DNA of 64,000 bases, from NCBI GenBank assembly GCA_010093605.1, contig MU004186.1:1654616-1718615 (forward strand), in the 5' to 3' direction. Every line of letters begins with the position of its first letter. Position 1 is the first letter of the stretch. The position numbers and the translations under genes are program-made. Below the pieces are notes generated by a model that saw nothing but the letters and a program-made list of their open reading frames with translations, was not told the origin of the DNA and did not search any database. Origin of the DNA: Lophium mytilinum (lineage: Eukaryota). Below, piece by piece: positions 22,752 through 33,290 of this stretch.

Positions 22752-25700
22752 ATACAGGGTGACAGGAGCGCTTCAAGGACAGGCCTGCTCTTATCAAGTT
22801 GCTTTTCCAAAATAAGTCCAGCCAACAGCCCAGAACCTGGCAGAGGTTCGAGGGATCATCCTCGCCATATCAAACGTCCCGACAGGCGCGGGGTGCTAAT
22901 GTGCTTGGGTCACATTAATCGTAAACGCGACATTCTCATTCGCTGTGCAAGATAAATCCCCAGATTCGAACGAGTAAGGGGGAATGTCGGAATAGTGTTT
23001 CCATGACTTGCTGGTAATGCTTGTTTTCCACGCCGTACACGAATGCATGCTGCTTTCCCGACACCCTTCGACCTGCCATAGGGGACGCATATTGTCACAA
23101 ATTGACGAATGGGCTGATTACGGGCCGTTGGAAGTCGGGGCATGGCAGTGTCTCTGGACCCCCGATTCATGAGGTCGAGTTTGGGATATGGATGATGGTG
23201 CCCTGGGCGTTTGCATGGCTGAAACTAGGGGTCGGGTCGGCAAGTAGTGGCCTTTGAACGTGGGAGCCGGACCCAAGCTGGGGCCATCGCTTCGGCACTT
23301 ATTGTGGAAACGGCTCGGAGAGTCGGTGAAGGTTCGAGATCTCAGAGATCTGCAGAACAAGAGTGATCAGCATCCAGGGCGGCCTGATGAGGATCAATCT
23401 GAATCGAACGCGCCCATGGAGAACAGCGCGGGGGACGTGGTGTCCAGCAGCGTAGGTGAGAACAGAAGGGGCATTGGGCGCCGTGACCTGCCAGGGGTCT
23501 TGATAGCAATTGCAAGACTGAATAAGCGCGGCTGCAGGTGTCAGCCGAAGCAGCTAGAGAAGCGCCCGTTGCAGTCTATCGGTGCCACCCTCGTCATTTG
23601 GTAATATTGGGGTTGTCTCTGTTGACGCGGCACCTCTCTCGTGCCCAGGTGAAGCTGACCTGCATGCTTGGCGTGATGCATCTTGCTTTTACGGCCCAAG
23701 AAGCGCAGAAGGCGGCAGCGCTTGAGGCGAGAGGAGAAACAAGTAAGACAAGCATAAAAAGTACACATACCCCATGTTCTTGTCCGCGAGTAAGGGCAGC
23801 ACGCATGGTATAATTACGCGTGTGATCTACGCGATGACACGCGCTCATCTAGCCTAACCGCGACTATCTTCTGGATCCTACGAGTGTGATCGTATAATGT
23901 GGTTAGAAGGAGTAGCATGAGGACGCAGGCGCAATGTGGACGTCTCATGGTCCAGCGGTTGGTGGAGGAGCAGATGGACCCTGATTGCTCAGGGAGCCTG
24001 CAGCCACATCGATCAAGACTTCGGACGGGACGTCGGGAGGCGGCATAGCGACGCCACACGACCATGGCAGTGCATGGATATGTACCAGGTAAGCTTCTCG
24101 TCTCGCACATCCACCGCTAGACCTTCCAACTCTGCGAAAGTGCTAGGAGGACGACAAGACAAGCTATCCTCGCCATTTCCGAGAAACGAGGAACGCTGTC
24201 CATGACACGCGATGCAGTACCATTTAGATTCGCCCGAATTAGGACCTATTTCGGTTCAATTCGTGACTGCAATAATCGTCATGGGCCTTGTACAGCTAAC
24301 GTGCCTACAGCTGCTCTTCACGCCCGGTGGTCACTCGGTTCTCCAGGGACTACAGGGGAATAGCAGCCCTCTAGCTAATTAGTCTCAACCCGGTTAAGTA
24401 TTAGACTAGAAACGAAGCATACCAGGATCCACTCGGTCTAGCGCTAGCCCACCGAGAGACGTGAGAGGTTGTACAGTGTAGGATCAACCTGGGAAACGGG
24501 AAATCTTGATATCACGTGGCTACCGAGTAGCCCAAAATAGGTCACATCGGCTTCACCCAGAGGCGAATGCAATTACAGGACACGACTTCGTTGAAAGATT
24601 TAAGGGATGAAGGGTACCAGGCGCCCGGACTTGAAAATTGAGAGCGGAATAAAGTCCTCGCAACATTATTCCGAGTAGGAGAGTGGAAGTGTAGCTTCGC
24701 TCCAAGGAACTGATTGCTCCATCCGCCTTTTCCAGTCCTTTGAAAACTCGCCCACGTGGACATATCCACGTTTTAACAGCGCCGCGGAGCACCTTAATGG
24801 TTGGACCAGGTAGCCCTGTACCTAGTATGCTAGGTAACTCAGTCGCAACACCCAACCAGCCGCATTGATCATTGCAACGTACGATCGCCCGCCGCAGCAT
24901 CCGGAACCTCCGGGACCAACGGCCTCTAGCCCAAAAATGGCCTGAAGCAGGAATATTCTTATGTCGAGGTCTGGTCAAAGGATACCGCCTCATATTTACC
25001 TAGCCAATCGCTGCCTTGGAAAACTGACCTCATCTTCTCCAGTCAGAGAGGTCCTCATAGCAACACCAAGAAAGATGCGAACGTAGAGCCTTGTCTATTG
25101 ATTGATGAGGGAATGTCTGTAGCGCTCGGACAGTAGTCTGTGCACTGCTGCTCGAAGCCGTCCTAGGTGATGTTTGAAGGCCAGGGTAGTCCCCATGCGG
25201 TGGTAATCAGGAGCGCGGGGGCTTTTTGGCAAGAAGCTGGTCACGCGTAGACAAAATTATTGGCGTATCTTGCTTGCCATTGCCTAGGGTATTGCGATAT
25301 CATATGCTGATTCAGGATCGGACGCAAACTGTCAAGGGCTAAAAATAGGTTTATTTGACATGAATAAGGAGCGGAGCTCACGAATATGTATGAAGGGATT
25401 CTGACAAGAATAAATTAGACGCCCGATAATACAAAAGAAAGTGGCTACAGAAGGATATCGTGTGTTGTGACTATTTCCTAGCAGATAGGCTTAAAAGTGA
25501 CGATTAGATGGAGCAAATCGGAATATCAGCGAGCACGAAGGTGCGACCCGATGAATGGAGTTTGCGCTTGCTGGATCGGTGATTGATGCGGTGAAGCCGC
25601 CGCCGATCGGAAGGTTTGATACATGTTCCAGCCGCGGAACAAAGGCGATGAGAAACGAAGAGCTTCCAAAACGCACGTCTTCATTCATTAGCGGTGTTTG

Positions 25701-25832
25701 GGAAGTGAGAGTCGTATATGGATCAATCAAACACACACTTTGAATAAACGTTCACGTTGATAAATACCTAGGCTCTACAGGCTTGCAGTTACTTCTTCTT
25801 CAGTCGAACATTCCTCAATCCTCAGCGGAGAC

Positions 25833-26570
25833 ATGGAGATGAGCTCTCAAAGTTCGTCGACTCAAAAGATCTTAGCAAATAGCCTCTACCAAAACTCCAC
25901 TACTCCACCGCCGGAAAGAACGGGACCGATCATGGAAAATCGTGATTCGATTACACTCACAGTCGGCGAGCGGACTTTTCGTACCAGCCGCGGCACGCTA
26001 ACGGCTGGAAGTAAACATTTCAGAGCGTTTCTCGCACCAAAACAAGCCAGTGACACCCCCGATTACTTCATCGACGGCGACGGGAATACATTCGAGCACC
26101 TTCTCCGCTTCCTACGTCGTCCCTCCATATTCCCCCTCTTCTGGTCGAAAGCTGAAGGGCATGACTTCGCGCTGTATGAAGCTTTGCAGCAAGAAGCCGA
26201 GCAATATGGTGTCGATAAGCTAGCTGAGTGGTTGAAGGCCAAGAAGTACCTTGAGGCCGTGAAGCTGGTTACGAAGATCAAGGAAGTTGAGGTTCTTGAG
26301 AGTCCTATCGTCTATCGGCCGGAGATCATGCATGAGACTAGGGGATCATATGTGGATGTGGAGTATCATCCACAGTGGAGACATTCGAAAACCTATATTT
26401 GCCCGAGAGGTATCGGAGTTCATGAAGGAGATCCGCAGAAGTGTGGGAAACAATGCCGGCAAGCGCAGGGGGACGATCCGGATGAGTATCGCGATGTTTG
26501 GAAATTATGGTTGTTGGTTGTGCATAAGGAGGTTGTCTTCGATGAGAACGTGTACATCAGCGGAGGTTGA
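25833..26570 (+). CDS. BTB/POZ (KCTD-type tetramerisation) domain protein
   Basis: ITLTVGERTFRTSRGTL, YFIDGDGNTFEHLLRFLR and EAEQYGV..L; C-terminal YICPRGI.VH...CGKQC. Confidence 0.9.
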   Translation: MEMSSQSSSTQKILANSLYQNSTTPPPERTGPIMENRDSITLTVGERTFRTSRGTLTAGSKHFRAFLAPKQASDTPDYFIDGDGNTFEHLLRFLRRPSIFPLFWSKAEGHDFALYEALQQEAEQYGVDKLAEWLKAKKYLEAVKLVTKIKEVEVLESPIVYRPEIMHETRGSYVDVEYHPQWRHSKTYICPRGIGVHEGDPQKCGKQCRQAQGDDPDEYRDVWKLWLLVVHKEVVFDENVYISGG

Positions 26571-27809
26571 TGTAGAAGGTCCGTCGTGTGCATCGACAAC
26601 GAGTAGTAGAGATGTAAGAGAGAGCAAGGGCTTCCTGATACAAGCATCCGGGAGGCCTTCAATGTGGAACTTGATCGCTCATAATTTGTCATCAGCATCT
26701 TGCGACTTCGTTGCTTTCTGAGACATTGAACACGTGATACTTCCAAGCCAAGATCTTGATGGGGCGTTAGCAATGATATTCTGATCTCTTCACGTTGTAT
26801 ATGCCCAGGGTGTATCGATAATATAAGCTTGGCAGAACTACCACACCCAAGCTCTCGACAAGACGATCTCACCCTCTTTGATCCTAAAATGGCGTTCTCC
26901 GAAATCGGTCCTTCACCATTCCAGACACTCTTACCACTTTCCTATTGCATTGGTAAAGTGAAATTCCCCTTCATTTTCGTGTAATACAGTGAGATCATCC
27001 GATGACGCAAGACAGGGTGGAAGTGCTGCAATTTGTGAAAGTGAGGTATAACTCATGTCAAAACTGAGAACCATATAGGTGGTACTGAGCACCAAACCTC
27101 TTCGCTTGTCCCCACCTCTCGCGAATTTCAACCAAATTCGGCTTTACTTGTTGAGGCGAATCATTCATGGCGCCTACGACGAAGTACCAACTGTATGGCG
27201 GTACCGACGATTCTGAAACAGACCTACCGCCCAAGAAAAGTCAGAGGCACGATTGCACAAATCGGCGAGCAGGTGTTTGTAGACCTATTCCCAATTTCCA
27301 GAATGGGATTGGGGCGCCGGCTGGTTCGAGACGTTTTTCTCAGTGTGAGCCAGATAGGTTACCAGCACGCGTAAGTGCCCCGGTTTGGAGTGGAATGCTA
27401 GCTTCCAAGTTTTAGCATTCGAATACCAAACTGCTTGGGGCTCATTCTTAGTAGCTCGACACCGCTATGAGGGGAGCCCTAGCGATCTAGTGAGAGCTTA
27501 GTCGAGAGCGCGCCTAATCTTCACCGTATCATCCATTAGTCGTGTTCAGAGTTTTGAAAGCCCATAGGGGTACCCCAGACAGTGGTGAACGGGTGCCTAG
27601 ACATTTGCCAAGACACCGCAGTCTAATCTTCGAGCAGCGCGGTACCGATTTGAAAGCAGGTGGCCATGTTGAGAACTCTGGATATCGTCAGCCCCAGCAT
27701 TATATACTGGGTTCCTGAAGCGATTATTGCAGTCTGTAGGGTTCTGTCCAGTCCGTCGTTGCAAGTGTATCCTGAGTAAATGCAACAAAGTTGACGTATT
27801 TCTGCTATA

Positions 27810-28155
27810 TCTTCTCTTCCTCATAATCACAGATTTCTACCTCCGCTCTAGCGGCGAGAAAGCAGGTCTTCCCAAAGCCGAATTTGAAGCCTGGACGGTT
27901 GTAGTCATCTCCTATAGTCTTGTATGCCTTTTCCTGCCACCATGCCGTAGTACTCTCCTTCTGGTATGCGACGTACTGTGTCGTGGGTGTCGGGGTCTTT
28001 CCAGTTGGTTTCTTGTACTACTGCTTATGGGTGAGGATGCTACCTAAGCTGGGTAAATATAGTAACCGGACTGAGACGCTGGAGCTGGACAAGGACGGTA
28101 ATGTCGCGCATCGATAGCTAAAGGTGCCGAAGGTGCAGGTAGAGGAGTGTGATTG
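27810..28155 (+). pseudogene. Relic of the C-terminus of a high-affinity methionine permease (MUP1-like APC transporter)
   Basis: GLPKAEFEAWTVVV, a frame change, then SFWYATYCVVGVG..YYCLWVRMLPKLGKY..R.E.L....G...HR*LKVPK. In-frame stop and no N-terminal part. Confidence 0.75.
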
Positions 28156-28973
28156 AGCGCATGATGAGTCCAGAAGTGCTGGCCGAAGAGGCTTTCCAGG
28201 ACAGGCTAGAAACAGATCTAGGCTAGTGAGGAGAGCCAAGTCTAGGGATACGGCGACAGTGAGCATTCGTGCCGGGATGACCTAAGAAGTGAGGAGTGTG
28301 AAGGTTGAGATGGAGATCAGTGCCAAGAATGCTGAGTCAGCGTCATCCCTAACAGCACCTCAAATTTCGACACTCGCTATTTTCTTCTCCATGCTCTATT
28401 ATGGTGGCGAGCTCTCTAGGATAGATCCATCCATAGAAAACCTCTTGTCTCTTATCACTGGCATGTAGTCGCTTCAAGCGGTCAGATCAGACGCATCCCG
28501 CCAATGACTATTCCAGGGTGACGACATTAGGAGGAGAAACTAGCTCGGCGGTATTCTAGTATGTTTTGCTATGCGCGCAACTCACTTGTCTGATTCATGG
28601 CGTCGAAGAATCTACATTCGCTCCGGACATTGTATGGTATGCCGGAGCACTTCGGACGGTGGCATGTGAGTGTCAATATCGAGATAATAATGTCTAGCTT
28701 GCGAACCTTTTTCCCCTGGTATCGTTGTAATCTCAAGCATTTTATTGATGATATCGTGCGAGAGCGTAATCCCTCGGTCTGGCAGTAATCCTACTAATGT
28801 TGTCGTAGGTAACCTACGCCAATCATCATTGTCATCGGAAGTCTCTCGCATTTGCGGGACGGCCTCATGAATATCCCCGGTTGAATATGACTACTCCGAA
28901 TAGAAATGCACTCAGCGCAAAAGAGAGTGTATCTATTCCTTGACGTTCTTGAATCCTCTAGAAGGATCTTGCT

Positions 28974-29489
28974 CTACGCATCATCTTCCAATTCCCTCTT
29001 CCGCTTGAGAGGGCCGTCCGTAGAACCAGTGATATGAGCAGGCGCAGCAAGAGTGGGAGGTTTTCGGGAGCCCTCATCCATCTCCATCTCGTCACCAGAG
29101 ACAGAGCCATTATTCGTAGTCTCGCCAGCACTTGGGCCTTGCGTAGAGGGGCCATCGCCTTCCACAGCCTCATTTCCATCCATTTCCGCCTCCATGTTCT
29201 CCGTCAAGGTCGTGCTTTTGAATGTCTTTGAAACATCAGAGACGAAGAACAACAGCATCAACTGTTTATTATCATCGATCAAACTGATCTCATCTGGCGT
29301 GATGATAAATCCGGGCCGGTCTGGATGCGCGAGGAGTTCTTGTAGCTCCGCTCTCTCCTCTGTGGTGAGCTCTGCGAGGTAGTCCAGCACGGCAGCTTCG
29401 GGGGGTGGCACATCCAGTTGCTGCGCTAGAAGGCGCGAGAGTATCGGAACTAAGCGACGGATCGGGTTGACGGTGTGCTCAGGGGCCAT
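28974..29489 (-). CDS. Hypothetical protein with acidic tail and KRKRE NLS-like motif
   Basis: 171-aa ATG ORF with coding-like composition; no family recognised. Confidence 0.55.
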   Translation of the reverse strand: MAPEHTVNPIRRLVPILSRLLAQQLDVPPPEAAVLDYLAELTTEERAELQELLAHPDRPGFIITPDEISLIDDNKQLMLLFFVSDVSKTFKSTTLTENMEAEMDGNEAVEGDGPSTQGPSAGETTNNGSVSGDEMEMDEGSRKPPTLAAPAHITGSTDGPLKRKRELEDDA

Positions 29490-30403
29490 GCTTGGGGAAA
29501 CTTAGGGCTGGGTGAGGTGAGTTGACGGCTTCGTTGACCAGGTAATATAGTGTACCAGGCCCTGTGATGATCAGTCCGTGGGTGAAGAGCAGATGCATTT
29601 GAAGCGAGCTATTGTGCGGCTTAAATACCTGAGGCTGCCGATCCAGGAACTTGACAACCAGTGAATTCGACGTTAGATTTCACGGCGCTTCTTCGTTTGT
29701 GTCATCGGCTGATCTTAGCGGCTGAGAATTTAAAAGATATCACGTTTCGTTCTTGCAATTAGCTTCCACATAATCAGGATCCTACCTCGTACAAACTTCC
29801 TCGCCGTTGTTTGTGGTGCTTCAGCACATCAATCAAACTCCAAGTAAGGTGGAAAGTCCCAGGAGCCTTGATTTGGACGAGCGCTTGAATATTCCTCATC
29901 AATTCGATGCTTGATCTGATAGTAGGATCTTCTGTTTTGCGACCTTTCGTCTGCACCGTCATTCTCACCTTTCTTTCTCTATTGCCCAGGGGTACTATAG
30001 ACTTCTATAATGTCCCCCAGCCGCACTATTGATCCCACTTGGATTCCAGCACCATTCATGCATCTGTCGCCTGCCTGATCTACGCCCTCAGTCTTTAACA
30101 TCGCTTCATTCCCTCCTTTCTACTGCCCAGGGGCGTCTTACAGGTCTAAGCAAACCACCAGCCACTCTACCAAGCCCGTTCAGATCCTAATCTCGCGCGC
30201 AACTTTCTTCACTCAGGACCAGTGTTCGTTTTACGACAGCACGCGTGAACACGCTTCGAGTGCCAGCGCTCATGATGACCTGGTCGCTCTTTGGGAGCTA
30301 GCAATATGGCCGGCATATTCTTTTCCTGTAAAAGAACTTTTGAAAGCCTCTTTGCCTCGTCTACATTGCTCATTCATTCGAAATATCGGCTCCCAAATTC
30401 AAA

Positions 30404-32230
30404 ATGCCGAGACCCATGTTTCCGGAAACAAAAATTCGCCTTGCGCCTCTCATCAAGAAGGTAGTTCCGCTGGTTGAAGGCAGCGCAGCAGGCGTCATAC
30501 TGAAAGTATTGAGCAAGGAGCTCGAAGACTGCGTGGAGCATGTAGAGAAGAAGGGAAAGCAGCGGTCAGGGACGAAAGGTAAAGAAAGAGAGAATCCAAC
30601 CGCAAAAAACGAACGGCCTCAGCTCGAAAGCTGGGTAAATGAGCAAACGCGGAGGAGCGGGCATACCCAACATGGCGAAGAAGGCACCGAACCCCAAGAC
30701 GAAGCCCACGGTGGCAGAGAGGCGGAGCCTTCTTCATCTAGGCACCATCACAGAAAGCACCGTATTTCACGCTCACATATACTCCCTGCCAATGAAAGAA
30801 ACGAAAGGGAGCGTGAACGTAGCTCTCGAAGGCCACGGAGCTCCCCTGGGAGACGCCATAGGCCTCAGAATGAAGACAAAAACCGACATTCACGACACAC
30901 TCCCCGCGGAGAAGCTGAGGATGATGACTGTAGCGCACACGAAGACAGTCGCTTTACGATGAGCGGTGGTGCTGGTCCGTCGTCAAACTACGCCCATGAA
31001 ACCATACCCGACTCGCCCTCAAGCGGAAGTCTCAGCCTAAACGCGTTTGACAACCTCCACATTCACGATGCGCCGGAAGAAGAAGGCTTTGCGCAAGACC
31101 GAGCACAAAGGCCCGATTCCACAGACGCCCTGGTGAGACCTAGATATCATCCAGAAGAGGGTAGACGACGGCGAAGGAGGCGCAGAGAGCGGAGCCCGTC
31201 GCCTCCGAAACTAGAGAAATGGTGGAAATGGGGAAAGTACGCGGCCGAGTGTGTAAGATATGAGGCTGAGAGAATCAAGATGGAGGAGGAGAGAAAGAAG
31301 CGACGGGAAAAGCGCCGACAAAAGAGACGCGAAGAAGCGCGAAGAGGTAGAGGGAGTGGGACTAGGAGGGGCCAAAGCGTTGCATATGGTGGCGAAGTAG
31401 AGAAGCAATATGATCGCGTGTACCCAGAAGAAGAGAATCGGGACGATGACGGAAATGATGGCAACAAAACCGAAGGCGAAGTAGACCCTCAGTTTCGCAC
31501 TGCTGGATATCGCGCTGGAGGCTTTCAGGCGCCTCAGAGGCAGACGAGGCGCGACAGATCGTCGATAGACCTCCCACCTCTCCAACCTACCTCCGCATCG
31601 CAGAGAGCTAAACAGTCCTCGCGCCCTGCAACAAGCTTGAGCAGCTACTCTAGGACCGACAGCCCTATCGCAGACCGTCCAAGCAGCGCACCGACTCGCC
31701 AAGGGGCGGTCGCGATGCCAGATCCCGCCTCTTTTTTTCCACCTCTCTCCAAGCCACCATACCCGCCGTCCAGGACTGCGACCATGACTCCGAGGATACC
31801 GTCACCTTTTAGGAGCCCTTCACCAATATTCAACACAAGTCTGAGCGGCGGACCAAGCCCAGAAATCTCCATGCCATCCACGCCCCGCCCAACGGAGGCT
31901 ATGCTCGCGAACAGGACTATGCTACCATCGTCGCTCAGCTTCCCGACACCGTCGGAGAGTCGAGACCAATCTTCGGAGAGGCTACCCGCCCTTACAGAAG
32001 CTGTAAGATCACGGTCGCGTAGTCACGAAGCTGGCAGCGATAGTAACAGCGATAGTGGGAGTTGGGGCGGGGGAGGCGCACGCGCGGACGTGAGGAGGGA
32101 GATGAGTGAGAGGTTTGCGGATGTGGGTAAGGGCGTTGCGAAAGGGCTCGGGATTGGGACAGGCTTGTGGTCGGGTGGGGATTGGGGGTGGGATAGGCTT
32201 GCTAAGAATGAGGGTACGGGCGAAAAATGA
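30404..32230 (+). CDS. Hypothetical low-complexity Arg/Ser/Pro-rich protein (608 aa)
   Basis: Long uninterrupted ORF; ATG in a good context (caaaATG). Confidence 0.75.
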   Translation: MPRPMFPETKIRLAPLIKKVVPLVEGSAAGVILKVLSKELEDCVEHVEKKGKQRSGTKGKERENPTAKNERPQLESWVNEQTRRSGHTQHGEEGTEPQDEAHGGREAEPSSSRHHHRKHRISRSHILPANERNERERERSSRRPRSSPGRRHRPQNEDKNRHSRHTPRGEAEDDDCSAHEDSRFTMSGGAGPSSNYAHETIPDSPSSGSLSLNAFDNLHIHDAPEEEGFAQDRAQRPDSTDALVRPRYHPEEGRRRRRRRRERSPSPPKLEKWWKWGKYAAECVRYEAERIKMEEERKKRREKRRQKRREEARRGRGSGTRRGQSVAYGGEVEKQYDRVYPEEENRDDDGNDGNKTEGEVDPQFRTAGYRAGGFQAPQRQTRRDRSSIDLPPLQPTSASQRAKQSSRPATSLSSYSRTDSPIADRPSSAPTRQGAVAMPDPASFFPPLSKPPYPPSRTATMTPRIPSPFRSPSPIFNTSLSGGPSPEISMPSTPRPTEAMLANRTMLPSSLSFPTPSESRDQSSERLPALTEAVRSRSRSHEAGSDSNSDSGSWGGGGARADVRREMSERFADVGKGVAKGLGIGTGLWSGGDWGWDRLAKNEGTGEK

Positions 32231-33290
32231 TTACAGGCCCAGGAGTACCTCAAATCATTTACTAGCTGTTCAAAAAGATAGAATATATAGAAAGTTTTAC
32301 GAGCCCTGACTTCCGGGTTGTCGTTGATGTGTGTAATTCTAGTCTTTGATTCAAGGATGGATATTGCCACACAAGGATGCTCTGCCTGTACGTGAGAAGA
32401 TGATCATATATCGAACAAATTCATCTACAGTGGAGTACCAACCCAACACGTGGGGGCCACGTGGTAATGTTCCGAGTACGCAGAAGCTTCAGCAACCAAG
32501 CAGACAGTCTACAATAAAGTCACAGTCACACCACACCATCTAGCGAGTGTGGCTTTCGAGTATCTCCTTGGGTAAACTTCGAAGGCAGTTCAACCACTAG
32601 CAGAACAAGAAGATCTAGACCACTGATGATCTGCATCAGCTTTGCTAGACTATCAGTTCGTTCTGCGAGATGTCATGACCATAGCCATGTCTCCGCGCCA
32701 CGAACCAGTCGAGTGATCTATTTGCCAAAGTAGACAAGGTCAGTTGAACCCGACAACTCCCAGCAGTTCAACGGTTGTCCGCAATGCAAACCCTCAACGA
32801 ACTTCTGACGTTCATCACCCTCACCTCTCAGCAAGCAATGGCGCTCACTTGACTTCAACAACTTACTCAAGTCTCTCCAGAGATCGAATACTAGGTTTTG
32901 GGTTGAGGGAAACTCTCAGCCAGTCCATATCTATCTGCTACTGAGACCGCTTTGGCTCATTCCGCGCGAGAGCCGGAACCGAAGAGTGCGGAACACAACC
33001 CAACCGAGAGTAGAGATAGACGATGACTGCCTGACGCCTACCACCCTTTCCGTCGCGCACGATATGATCCTTTTTCAACGCCATCCGCTCCAGTCCAAAC
33101 GAAATAAAACCCATGGGATAGTCGCTCTGTAGCTCCATGAAGTCACATGGACCTCACTTGCAAGTTGCAGAGCACCAGAAAAAAGCACCCGCCAACGCCA
33201 GAACCATATTGAAACATAGGCACGCTATCGCGAGCTCGAGACACCAGTGAGCCCTCCCAGCCCACTTTGGAGTCCAGAAAACCCCTACTT

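Noticed and set aside
23325..23350. tRNA T-loop-like GGTTCGA hits (also ~27324, ~54286)
   Set aside because: No T-stem, acceptor stem or A-box could be built around them.
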